A stretch of 64,000 nt of DNA, from positions 10,086 to 74,085 of the forward strand of contig CAZUWX010000008.1 in assembly GCA_964624205.1 (NCBI GenBank), given 5' to 3'. Within the stretch, counting starts at the first letter, position 1, and each line of letters opens with the position of its first letter. Under the pieces are notes generated by a model that saw only the letters and a list, made by a program, of their open reading frames with translations, was not told the origin of the DNA and searched no databases. This DNA is from an uncultured Chitinophagaceae bacterium. Its GTDB lineage: Bacteria > Bacteroidota > Bacteroidia > Chitinophagales > Chitinophagaceae. This document shows positions 19,017 through 27,744 of the stretch, one piece after another. The translations under genes were made by a program, and so were the position numbers.

Positions 19017-19756
19017 GTGGTTCTTTTTGCAATGAGTCCTGTAAAATTATACCACTTGAAGAACAGCTCACAGTGCTCAAAGCCGGTGTCGCGCAGGAGA
19101 TTGATGTTTTCACTGAGCCGGTAGGGCACCAGCACGTTTTCCAGCGCCTCCCTTTTTTTGGCGATCTCCATCTCGCTGTAATGGTGGCGGCGCTTCATAT
19201 TGTAGTAATACTTGATGAAATCGCGGTTGAACCGGCTGTCCTCCGCCAGCACCTTTTCCACCAGGATCAGGGTTCCGTCGGCATGCATGCCACTAAATAC
19301 CTGCTTCAATAACCGCTCCCGGTTAATGGGTCTGACAAACTGCAGGGTGAGGCACAACACCACCACCGATGCGTTTTCAATTGTCACCCCCTTGTTCAGG
19401 TCGGCATACTGCAACGAAAATGGGCGGCGAAAGTCCGGCGAATCCAGCTTTTTCCGGCATTTCTCCAGCATTGCCTCGGAATCGTCCATACCAATGAAGG
19501 GGATGTTTTCGGCAACGGTCTGGTTCATCAGGATCAGGGAATTACCGGTAGAACAGCCCAGATCATATACGTTGGTGTGAGGCAGTGCATGGTCGGCGGC
19601 GATCTCTGCCACCATCCGCTGAATCTCCTCATAAAAAGGAACCGACCGGTTGACCATATCGTCGAACACCCCGGCAACCGTACTACTAAACTTAAAGTCA
19701 GAAGGTTTTGTGTACTTCTCACCGAAGACCTCGTCTTTTTCTTCCATATAAGCCAA
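19013..19756 (-). CDS. cmoA: carboxy-S-adenosyl-L-methionine synthase
   Basis: It is colinear with E. coli CmoA as I recall it: VFDDMVNRSVPFYEEI, YDLGCSTG, IENASVVVLCLTLQF, YSEMEIAKKREALENVL, GFEHCELFFKWYNFTGLIA. Confidence 0.88.
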   Translation of the reverse strand: MAYMEEKDEVFGEKYTKPSDFKFSSTVAGVFDDMVNRSVPFYEEIQRMVAEIAADHALPHTNVYDLGCSTGNSLILMNQTVAENIPFIGMDDSEAMLEKCRKKLDSPDFRRPFSLQYADLNKGVTIENASVVVLCLTLQFVRPINRERLLKQVFSGMHADGTLILVEKVLAEDSRFNRDFIKYYYNMKRRHHYSEMEIAKKREALENVLVPYRLSENINLLRDTGFEHCELFFKWYNFTGLIAKRTT

Positions 19757-19918
19757 ACCAAATTTAGCAAACCAGCCATGATCTTTTCAGCCCGAAAAAG
19801 GCGTGAAAAATTGCATGAAAGGTTGCCCTTGAACTGTAAGAGTTAACATTTACAAGAGGAAAGTACAATTTTATATCTAAACGATCAAAGCCTTATCTTC
19901 GCAAAACTTTTTTTATGC

Positions 19919-21181
19919 ATGAAGGTTCTCGTCAAACAAGCCCGGATTATCGACCCAACATCTCCTTATCACAAGCAGGTGCAGGACATTCTTATCCGTT
20001 CCGGCCGTATCAGCCGGGTAAGCGACTCTATCAGTGAAGAGGCGGATCAGACCGTATCAGGAGAAAACATCCATGTGTCCCCGGGCTGGGTGGATATATT
20101 CGCCAATTTCGGCGATCCCGGCTACGAGCACAAGGAAACCCTCGAATCGGGGTCGCGCGCAGCGGCAGCCGGTGGGTTCACCGACGTATTCCTGATCCCC
20201 AACACCAAACCGGTTGTAGACAGCAAGACCCAGGTAGAATACATGAACAGCCGCCCGGCGGCGCTGGCCGCCACCGTTCACGCCATCGGTGCCATTTCGA
20301 AACAGATCGAAGGCAAAGAACTTGCTGAAATGTACGACATGCATAAAAGCGGCGCCGTGGCCTTTGGCGACGGGATCCGGCCCGTCCAGTCGGCCGGGCT
20401 CCTCCTCAAGGCTCTGCAATATGTCAAGGCTTTCGACGGGGTGATCATCCAGTTGCCTGACGACAAAAGCGTGGGTGCAAACGGACTGATGCACGAGGGC
20501 ATCGTCTCCACGCAGCTAGGCCTGGCAGGGAAGCCGATCATCGCAGAGGAACTGCTGGTGGCGCGCGATATCAAGCTGACGCGTTACACGGCGTCCAGGC
20601 TCCACTTTACCGGGGTCACCTCACCCCGGTCGCTTGAATACATCCGAAGGGCGAAAGACAGCGGTCTCCAGGTCACCTGCTCGGTGACGCCCTACCACCT
20701 TTTTTTCAACGACAGCGACCTGCTGGAATATGACACCAACCTAAAGGTTTTTCCGCCGCTAAGAACGGCAACCGAACAATCGGCCCTGCAACAGGCGGTC
20801 GCTGATGGCACCGTCGATTGTATCGCCACCCATCATATGCCGCAGGATTATGATAATAAGGTGCTCGAATTCGAATATGCAAAAAACGGCATGACGGGGC
20901 TTGAAACCTGTTATCCCGCGCTTAAAACCATACTGCCTTCAGTGAGCGAAGAGCGCTGGGTAGAGCTGCTCTGCCTCAATGCCCGCAAGATATTCAGCCT
21001 GGAACAGCCATCGGTAAAGGAGAACGAGAAAGCCCGCCTTACCCTGTTCTCGCCTTCCGGCACCACCCTGTTCGATGGCAAAACATTTTATTCCCGGTCC
21101 GTGAATTCCGCCTTCATCGGTAGAGAACTTACCGGCGCGGTCACCGGCACCATCCGCGGAAATGATCTATTCATCAAATAA
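19919..21181 (+). CDS. dihydroorotase-like amidohydrolase-fold protein with substituted catalytic motifs (probably non-catalytic)
   Basis: 420 aa, colinear with class I DHOase (VSPGWVD...DPGYEHKETLESGSRAAAAGGFTDV..PNTKP; PPLR; GLET). The HxHxR motif reads IFANFG, the HCED-like motif reads QLPDD, PHHL reads PYHL, and ATDHAPH reads ATHHMPQ. Confidence 0.85.
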   Translation: MKVLVKQARIIDPTSPYHKQVQDILIRSGRISRVSDSISEEADQTVSGENIHVSPGWVDIFANFGDPGYEHKETLESGSRAAAAGGFTDVFLIPNTKPVVDSKTQVEYMNSRPAALAATVHAIGAISKQIEGKELAEMYDMHKSGAVAFGDGIRPVQSAGLLLKALQYVKAFDGVIIQLPDDKSVGANGLMHEGIVSTQLGLAGKPIIAEELLVARDIKLTRYTASRLHFTGVTSPRSLEYIRRAKDSGLQVTCSVTPYHLFFNDSDLLEYDTNLKVFPPLRTATEQSALQQAVADGTVDCIATHHMPQDYDNKVLEFEYAKNGMTGLETCYPALKTILPSVSEERWVELLCLNARKIFSLEQPSVKENEKARLTLFSPSGTTLFDGKTFYSRSVNSAFIGRELTGAVTGTIRGNDLFIK

Positions 21182-21190
21182 TCTTCACTT

Positions 21191-21736
21191 ATGCATATGG
21201 AGAACACTTCCCCCCCCGCCAACTACCGGACAAGCTACGGCCTGATAGCAGGCCTGATCATCTGTGTGATCGCCCTGCTGCAATATGTCGGTGGGCTCGA
21301 TATGTACCTCAGTCCTATCGGCTATGTCAGCTACCTTGTGGTGATCACGATGGCCGTGCTGGCAGCCCTGAAAACCAGGAAGGCTAACGGCGGATTCCTG
21401 GAATTCTCAGCGGCGCTGAAAATCACATTCACCGTTTTTGCACTTGCCCTGCTGGTACAAACCGCTTTTACTTATATCCTGTTTAACTTCATCGACGTTT
21501 CGTTTAAAGAGGCCGTAGCCCAGGAAGTGATCACCAAAACGGAACAAATGATGCGGAAGTTCGGAGCCTCCGATATGGATATCGACAAAGCGCTGGAAAT
21601 GGCGAGAACACAGGATCAGTTTTCCCTCAGCCGGACTGCGCTGGGCTACGCGATAAGCTGTATCATTTCGTTTATCATCTGCCTGATCATTTCCCTGATC
21701 GTCAAGAAACCACAACCCGTTTACCACGATATTTAA
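21191..21736 (+). CDS. DUF4199-family membrane protein
   Basis: 181 aa with four hydrophobic helices and a central amphipathic segment (KEAVAQEVITKTEQMMRKFGASDMDIDKALE). As I recall, this family usually lies between the DHOase-like gene and the GT2 gene in Bacteroidota. Confidence 0.7.
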   Translation: MHMENTSPPANYRTSYGLIAGLIICVIALLQYVGGLDMYLSPIGYVSYLVVITMAVLAALKTRKANGGFLEFSAALKITFTVFALALLVQTAFTYILFNFIDVSFKEAVAQEVITKTEQMMRKFGASDMDIDKALEMARTQDQFSLSRTALGYAISCIISFIICLIISLIVKKPQPVYHDI

Positions 21737-21745
21737 TTCCCGGCA

Positions 21746-22684
21746 ATGGACGTTTCCCTCGTAGTGCCCTTATTGAACGAAGAAGAATCGCTCCCCGAGC
21801 TTTGCGCGTGGATCGACCGGGTGGCGCAGGCTAACCACTACACTTACGAGGTGGTGCTGATCGATGATGGCAGCACCGACCGTTCCTGGGAAGTGATACA
21901 ATCGCTCTCGGAACACAACGCACATATCAGGGGCATAAAGTTCCAGCGCAACTATGGGAAATCCGCCGCCCTGAATGAAGGTTTCCGGCTGGTTACCGGC
22001 GACGTGGTGATCACCATGGATGCAGACCTGCAGGATAGCCCCGACGAGATCCCCGAACTGCGCCGCATGATCCTCGAACAGCAGTACGACCTGGTTAGCG
22101 GCTGGAAAAAGCGTCGCCATGACCCCCTCAGCAAGACGCTCCCCTCCAAACTCTTCAATTGGGTCACCCAAAAAGCCACCGGCATCCCGCTACACGATTT
22201 TAACTGCGGACTGAAAGCTTACAAGTTAGACGTGGTGAAAAACATCGAAGTGTACGGAGAAATGCACCGGTACATACCGGTGATAGCGGCCTGGACGGGC
22301 TACAGGAAGATCGGGGAAAAAGTGGTGGAACACCGCGCAAGGAAATATGGCTCCACCAAATTCGGAGTGGAACGATTTATCAAAGGATTCCTCGACCTGG
22401 CCTCGATCATGTTCGTAAGTAAGTTCGGCAAACGACCCATGCATTTTTTCGGCACTTTCGGAACCCTTTCTTTTGCGCTGGGATTCATCATCTTCCTGTA
22501 TCTCACCCTCTCCAAGTTCTTCTTCGATAAAACCGGGCTGACACAGCGGCCGCTGTTCTTTTTTGCCATCCTGGCCATGATCATCGGAACCCAGTTGTTC
22601 GTGACCGGCTTCCTGGCAGAAATGATCAGCCGCAACGCCTCCAACAGAAACGTTTACCTGATAGAAAAGAAGCTGCGGTGCTAA
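21746..22684 (+). CDS. family 2 glycosyltransferase, polyprenyl-phosphate sugar synthase type (Dpm1/GtrB/ArnC-like) with two C-terminal TM helices
   Basis: VSLVVPLLNEEESLPEL, LIDDGSTDRS, NYGKSAALNEGF, ITMDADLQDSP (DxD), then the hydrophobic helices HFFGTFGTLSFALGFIIFLYL and LFFFAILAMIIGTQLFVTGFLAEM. Confidence 0.9.
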   Translation: MDVSLVVPLLNEEESLPELCAWIDRVAQANHYTYEVVLIDDGSTDRSWEVIQSLSEHNAHIRGIKFQRNYGKSAALNEGFRLVTGDVVITMDADLQDSPDEIPELRRMILEQQYDLVSGWKKRRHDPLSKTLPSKLFNWVTQKATGIPLHDFNCGLKAYKLDVVKNIEVYGEMHRYIPVIAAWTGYRKIGEKVVEHRARKYGSTKFGVERFIKGFLDLASIMFVSKFGKRPMHFFGTFGTLSFALGFIIFLYLTLSKFFFDKTGLTQRPLFFFAILAMIIGTQLFVTGFLAEMISRNASNRNVYLIEKKLRC

Positions 22685-23817
22685 AGCGTGTCGTGATCAT
22701 AGGACCGGCCTGGCCGCTGCGTGGCGGGCTCGCCAGTTTCGATCAGCGGCTAGCCCGGCAGTTCATCACCGAAGGATTCACCTGTTCCATCTATTCGTTT
22801 TCGCTGCAATACCCTTCTTTCCTGTTCCCGGGTACTACCCAATATTCCTCCGATCCCCCACCCCCGGAACTGGACATCCACCCGGTGATCAATTCCATCA
22901 ACCCGCTGAACTGGCTGCGGATCGGCAACCGGCTGAAAAAACAACGGCCGGATATCATCGTCGTACGGTACTGGCTGCCCTTCATGGGGCCGGCGCTGGG
23001 GACTATCCTGCGACGGGTAAAAAAAAACGGCCACACCCGCGTCATCGCCATCACGGATAACATCGTGCCCCACGAAACAAGGCTGGGCGATAAGGCCTTC
23101 ACCCGGTATTTCCTCCGTTCCTGCGATGCTTTTGTCACGATGAGCGAAAAAGTACTGAACGACCTCCGCGGCTTCAACAGCCACTCGCCGGCCCTCCAGG
23201 TGCTACACCCCCTCTACGATAACTTCGGGGAACCGGTGCCGAAGGCTGCAGCGCGGGCGCACCTTGGCCTCAACCCGGAAGAGAAGATCGTCCTGTTCTT
23301 CGGGTTCATCCGTAAATATAAGGGCCTCGACCTGTTGCTGCAGGCAATGGCCCTGCTGAAAGATGATCCTGTTCCTCCCCGGTTGCTTATCGCGGGGGAA
23401 TTTTATGAAGACGAACAACCGTACCGCGATCTAATCGCCACACTGGGTATCTCAGGATCGCTGCTGCTGCACACGAATTTCATACCCGACGCAGCAGTAA
23501 AATATTATCTCTGCGCAGCCGATGTAGTGGTACAGCCCTATCGCAATGCCACGCAGAGCGGGGTTACTCCCCTGGCCTACCATTTTGAGAAACCCATGAT
23601 CGTCACAAATGTGGGCAGTCTGCCCTCACTGGTACCCGATGGGAAAGTGGGGCTGGTAGCAGACCCGGCCCCTGCTCCAATCGCTGCTGCCATTCGCCGG
23701 TACTTCGAATTAGGCGAAGATTATTTTATTCCTCATCTTCGCAGAGAGAAAGAAAAATACTCCTGGAGCAGAATGACTGAAGCGATCATAACCCTGGCTG
23801 ATGATATACAGAAGTAA
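22678..23817 (+). CDS. GT-B fold glycosyltransferase (family 4-like)
   Basis: GTG start overlapping the GT2 stop by 7 bp. N-terminus RVVIIGPAWPLRGGLASF. C-terminal half FGFIRKYKGLDLLLQA...AGEFYED...ADVVVQPYRNATQSGV matches the EX7E-type glycos_transf_1 region. Confidence 0.85.
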   Translation: MLKRVVIIGPAWPLRGGLASFDQRLARQFITEGFTCSIYSFSLQYPSFLFPGTTQYSSDPPPPELDIHPVINSINPLNWLRIGNRLKKQRPDIIVVRYWLPFMGPALGTILRRVKKNGHTRVIAITDNIVPHETRLGDKAFTRYFLRSCDAFVTMSEKVLNDLRGFNSHSPALQVLHPLYDNFGEPVPKAAARAHLGLNPEEKIVLFFGFIRKYKGLDLLLQAMALLKDDPVPPRLLIAGEFYEDEQPYRDLIATLGISGSLLLHTNFIPDAAVKYYLCAADVVVQPYRNATQSGVTPLAYHFEKPMIVTNVGSLPSLVPDGKVGLVADPAPAPIAAAIRRYFELGEDYFIPHLRREKEKYSWSRMTEAIITLADDIQK

Positions 23818-24823
23818 GGCGCCGCTGCGGATCGGACTGGCAGGCGGAGGCACAGACGTTAGCCCTTATTGTGACCTGTACGGAGGCGCCATCCTCAACG
23901 CAACCGTTTCCCTGTATGCCTATGCGAACATTGAACCCTTATCGGAAGACCTTATCGTGCTGCATGCGGTGGACCGCAAAGAAGAGCAGCAGTTCGAATG
24001 GAAGGAAGAGCTGCCGGCAAACGGTCGGCTCGACCTGCTGAAAGGTGTTTATAATAAGATACAGAAATTATACGGCGTACCCCGGGCAGGATTCCGGCTG
24101 TCCACTTCCGTAGACGCCCCGGCGGGATCGGGCCTGGGCACTTCTTCTACGTTGGTGGTTGCGTTGATCGGTGCATTTGCGGAAATGCTGCGGCTCCCGT
24201 TGGGCGAATATGATATCGCCCAGCTTGCCTACGATATAGAGAGAAGCGACCTGGACATGGCCGGCGGCAGACAGGATCAGTACGCAGCAACCTTCGGCGG
24301 CGTCAACTACATGGAATTCTATGCCGACAACAAAGTGATTGTAAACCCGCTGCGGATCAAACAGCAATACCTGTTTGAGCTGGAAAACAATCTGCTGTTG
24401 TATTACACCAGCACCAGCAGGGAATCGGCAAGGATTATAGAAAAACAACGACTTAATGTAACCGAGAAAAAGGGCAGACCGATCGAGGCTATGCACCAGT
24501 TGAAACAACAGGCGCAAATGATGAAGGAAGCGCTGCTGACAGGAAGAGTACACGAAATAGGAGAAATATTGGATTTCGGGTTCAGGCAGAAGAAAGAAAT
24601 GGCGGAGGGTATTTCCAATCCGCTCATGGAGGATATTTACCGCACTGCCCGAAAGGCGGGGGCTACCGGCGGGAAGATCTCAGGTGCCGGTGGCGGAGGT
24701 TTTATGACCTTCTATTGCCCCGGAAACACCAAGTATCCGGTAATGGAAGCGCTATCAGCGTTTGGTGGCCAGTGCAGGAACTACCAGTTTGTTGACCAGG
24801 GGCTCACCTCATGGTCGATATAA
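23801..24823 (+). CDS. hddA: GHMP-family sugar kinase, D-glycero-alpha-D-manno-heptose 7-phosphate kinase-like
   Basis: RSKAPLRIGLAGGGTDVSPYCDLYGGAILNATV and the GHMP motif PAGSGLGTSSTLVVALIG, then GKISGAGGGGFMTFYC. It overlaps the upstream GT gene by 17 bp. The context includes gmhA, hddC and gmhB. Confidence 0.8.
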   Translation: MIYRSKAPLRIGLAGGGTDVSPYCDLYGGAILNATVSLYAYANIEPLSEDLIVLHAVDRKEEQQFEWKEELPANGRLDLLKGVYNKIQKLYGVPRAGFRLSTSVDAPAGSGLGTSSTLVVALIGAFAEMLRLPLGEYDIAQLAYDIERSDLDMAGGRQDQYAATFGGVNYMEFYADNKVIVNPLRIKQQYLFELENNLLLYYTSTSRESARIIEKQRLNVTEKKGRPIEAMHQLKQQAQMMKEALLTGRVHEIGEILDFGFRQKKEMAEGISNPLMEDIYRTARKAGATGGKISGAGGGGFMTFYCPGNTKYPVMEALSAFGGQCRNYQFVDQGLTSWSI

Positions 24824-24851
24824 TAAAATTGAAAAGACAAAAGACTAACGG

Positions 24852-25430
24852 ATGAAAGATAAAATAAAGAAAATCATCATCGACTCCATCGCCGTGAAAA
24901 ACGACATCCTCGCCGACCAGCCCATGCTCACCCGACTGCAACAGGTGGCCGCCGGAATGGTCCAAACCCTGAAAAACGGCGGGCGGATCTATTTCTGCGG
25001 CAACGGTGGAAGCGCGGCCGACGCACAGCATCTCGCCGCGGAATTTTCCGGCAGGTTCTATGTCGACCGCCAGGCGCTGCCTGCGGAAGCCCTTCACTGC
25101 AATACTTCTTATCTCACCGCTGTCGCAAATGACTACAGCTACGATGTGGTGTACGCCCGCCTGGTGCAGGGAATTACACGTGAAGGCGATTTTCTGGTGG
25201 GACTCTCCACCTCCGGTAACTCTGTGAACATCGTGAAAGCCTTTGAAGCGGCCCGTGAAAAAAAGGTGGTCACCGTAGGTTTCACCGGCAAGAACGGCGG
25301 AAAGATGCAGCCCCTGTCCGACTACCTCTTCAACGTGCCTTCCACCGATACACCCCGCATCCAGGAATCGCACATCATGCTGGGCCATATCGTGTGCCAG
25401 TTGGTTGAAGAACACTATTTTTCGTCGTGA
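24852..25430 (+). CDS. gmhA: D-sedoheptulose 7-phosphate isomerase (SIS domain)
   Basis: IYFCGNGGSAADAQHLAAEF...ALPAEALH...TAVANDYSYD...GLSTSGNS.N...IQE.H matches GmhA throughout. Confidence 0.88.
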   Translation: MKDKIKKIIIDSIAVKNDILADQPMLTRLQQVAAGMVQTLKNGGRIYFCGNGGSAADAQHLAAEFSGRFYVDRQALPAEALHCNTSYLTAVANDYSYDVVYARLVQGITREGDFLVGLSTSGNSVNIVKAFEAAREKKVVTVGFTGKNGGKMQPLSDYLFNVPSTDTPRIQESHIMLGHIVCQLVEEHYFSS

Positions 25431-26128
25431 TCACCGAGGCCATTATACTCGCGGGGGGATTGGGAACCCGGCTGAGAAGCGCCGTACCCGACCTGCCCAA
25501 GTGCATGGCCCCTGTGAACGGCCGACCATTCCTTTCCTTCCTGATCGATTATCTCCGGCAGCAGGGCATTCAATCCTTTATTTTTTCACTTGGCCACCGC
25601 CACGAAGTCATAACGCTTTTCTTAAAAAACTCCTATCCCGGATTGCCGTATAAATGTTCAGTGGAAGATGAGCCGCTGGGTACGGGAGGAGCGGTACTCC
25701 GGGCCTGCTCTTTTGCCGCCTTCAATAATGTGATAGTCGTAAATGGCGACACGCTCTTCGCCGTGGACATCCACGCGTTGTCCGACTTCCATATCCGTAA
25801 GTCGGCCGAGTGTTCACTATCGCTCAAGCCCATACGTAACTCCGACCGATACGGTGTGGTGGAAATCGGGGAGGACCAGGAAATATCCCAGTTCCACGAA
25901 AAAAAATGGCACAAAGAAAGCCTGATCAACGGTGGCGTATACGCGCTGGACAGGGAAAGATTCTCGATACGCGACCTTCCCGAGAGATTTTCTTTCGAGA
26001 AGGATTACCTGGAAAAATATTACCCGGCGAAAACCATGTTCGGCCTGGCCCAGGACCGCTATTTCATAGATATTGGAATACCCGACGATTATCAGCGGGC
26101 GCAGACAGAACTACCCCAATACGTCTGA
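25427..26128 (+). CDS. hddC: sugar-1-phosphate nucleotidyltransferase, D-glycero-alpha-D-manno-heptose 1-phosphate guanylyltransferase-like
   Basis: GTG start in a GTGA overlap with the gmhA stop. AIILAGGLGTRLRSAVPDLPKCMAPVNGRPFL, EDEPLGTGGA, VVNGDTLF, YGVVE, INGGVYAL. Confidence 0.8.
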   Translation: MITEAIILAGGLGTRLRSAVPDLPKCMAPVNGRPFLSFLIDYLRQQGIQSFIFSLGHRHEVITLFLKNSYPGLPYKCSVEDEPLGTGGAVLRACSFAAFNNVIVVNGDTLFAVDIHALSDFHIRKSAECSLSLKPIRNSDRYGVVEIGEDQEISQFHEKKWHKESLINGGVYALDRERFSIRDLPERFSFEKDYLEKYYPAKTMFGLAQDRYFIDIGIPDDYQRAQTELPQYV

Positions 26129-26341
26129 CACGACCAATTGAAATACCCTTCGTTTCGCAGACGAGCCGCCCGTTTCCACACGCAGGCTCCCTGTATACCG
26201 GCACCCGGTAATAAAATAAAAAATAAAACAGGCATTCACCACGCATAGTCATCTCACTACGCTTACCCAGCTATCCAAATCCTGAATTGAAAACAATTCC
26301 TTCTCGCAAAGGCTGTACCTTCGTCAGCCTAAATACCCGCT

Positions 26342-26908
26342 ATGCCAGACCTGAAAACAGTGAATAAGGAATGGGCCCTGTTTCTCGACCGCGACGGGGT
26401 AATCAACCATGAATCAGCAACCTACATATTCCATCCCGGCGAATTCATTTTCTACGAAGGAGTGCTAGAAGCCCTGAAAATATTCAACAATATTTTCGGC
26501 ACGATCGTTATTGTAACAAATCAGCGTGGCGTGGGGCGAAAAATGATGACAGAAGAAGACCTGCTGGATATCCACAACCTGATGCTGAGCCAGGTGAGAC
26601 GTTCGGGCGGAAGGATCGACCGCATCTATTATTGTACAGCAAACGACAATGACCATCCCAACCGCAAGCCTAATCCCGGAATGGCCCTGCAGGCAATGCA
26701 GGATTTCCCCCTGATCTCGAAAACCCGCTCCATCATGGTAGGAAATAATATGAGCGACATGCAGTTTGGCAAGAACGCGGGAATGTTCACAGTACTGCTC
26801 ACTACCACCGGCACACGCGTGGAACTGCCCCATCCGCTGGTCGATCTTCAGCTTGACGCGCTGATCGACCTTGCACGCGCCCTGGCCGGTACCCGCCAAT
26901 TAGAGTAA
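26342..26908 (+). CDS. gmhB: HAD-IIIA phosphatase, D,D-heptose 1,7-bisphosphate phosphatase-like
   Basis: ALFLDRDGVIN (DxDG nucleophile motif), IVIVTNQRGVGRKMM, YYCT...HPNRKPNPGM, MVGNNMSDMQFGKNAG. As I recall it, the usual Zn-binding CxH...CxC insert of E. coli GmhB is shortened here. Confidence 0.78.
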   Translation: MPDLKTVNKEWALFLDRDGVINHESATYIFHPGEFIFYEGVLEALKIFNNIFGTIVIVTNQRGVGRKMMTEEDLLDIHNLMLSQVRRSGGRIDRIYYCTANDNDHPNRKPNPGMALQAMQDFPLISKTRSIMVGNNMSDMQFGKNAGMFTVLLTTTGTRVELPHPLVDLQLDALIDLARALAGTRQLE

Positions 26909-27027
26909 TTCCGGAATGTAGCGGCCTATCAGGCGAAACAAAACTCCCGCAGCAAACAGGTTACCCCACACCCACAAGCCTGGCCGCTGCCTAACCTCTG
27001 GAATCTGGACGTCCTGCTGTTCCGATG

Positions 27028-27744
27028 CTATCCCGTCACCCGGCTTTCGTCATGAAACTCTATATATTGTTTAAAGCTGAGCACGTCTTCCCGGATAATC
27101 TTTTTGAACATCGGATTCAACAGCCTGGCCACTCCTTCCCCGATGTTGCCGGCGGGCGGGCGATAGATAAGCGTCACCCTGATCTCCGTACCCCGGTTAC
27201 CCAGGGCATCGCTGAATTCGATCTTGCCCGCATTCTCGATGGTTGACCCAGGGAGCGACTGCCAGGAGAGCATCCTTCCCGGCTCATCCTTCACGATCTC
27301 CGCGTCCCAACTGATCTTCATGGGATTACCGCCGGGTATCCGCGCCTCCCAGCGGGAACGTTTGCCGCCGGTTTCCGCCACACTGGACAGGTGTTTCATG
27401 AACCGCGGCAGCGTGCCAAGGTTCCGCCATGCTGCATACACTTCATTGCGGGGCTTGTTCACCGTGAAAGTGGTGCGGATATTCACAGCAGAGGCCTTTC
27501 TGCCATCAACTTTTAACGATTTATACACGGGGCAGTAACCCGCCGCCCCCCGGATCATCATCCCGGCGCCCAGCGCTGTCCTTAACACGGCTCTTAAGGG
27601 CATACGGCGAAAATTTTTCACGCCGCTGTACACCAGCAGTGCGCCGAAGCCGATCGACAGGCCTCTTTCAAAATTGCTGACATTGGGAGTGAGTTCAGGT
27701 GTTACCCGATAGCTTTCATCGTAAAGGTGGGCCTGGTTATCCAT
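27028..27744 (-). CDS. SRPBCC (cyclase/dehydrase-like) protein with an N-terminal YgaP-like (DUF2892) membrane segment
   Basis: The N-terminus GFGALLVYSGVKNF...GAGMMIRGAAGYCPVYKSL resembles the DUF2892 hairpin. The C-terminal ~150 aa (VNKPRNEVYAAWRNLGTLPRFMKHL...WEARIPGG...ISWDAEIVKDEPGRMLSWQS) looks like START/SRPBCC. Confidence 0.7.
   Translation of the reverse strand: MDNQAHLYDESYRVTPELTPNVSNFERGLSIGFGALLVYSGVKNFRRMPLRAVLRTALGAGMMIRGAAGYCPVYKSLKVDGRKASAVNIRTTFTVNKPRNEVYAAWRNLGTLPRFMKHLSSVAETGGKRSRWEARIPGGNPMKISWDAEIVKDEPGRMLSWQSLPGSTIENAGKIEFSDALGNRGTEIRVTLIYRPPAGNIGEGVARLLNPMFKKIIREDVLSFKQYIEFHDESRVTG

Noticed and set aside
21210-21217. Homopolymer tracts as possible phase-variation switches. 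There is a C8 in codons 6-8 of the DUF4199 gene and a C8 at 28047-28054 right after the start of the 28041 gene. There is also a G8 at 56869-56876 in the reductase gene.
   Set aside because: A handful of 8-mers is roughly what chance allows in 64 kb on both strands at this base composition. The G8 encodes the essential GxGGxG dinucleotide-binding motif. Eight bases is at the low end for slippage-driven switching. I cannot assess strain variation here.
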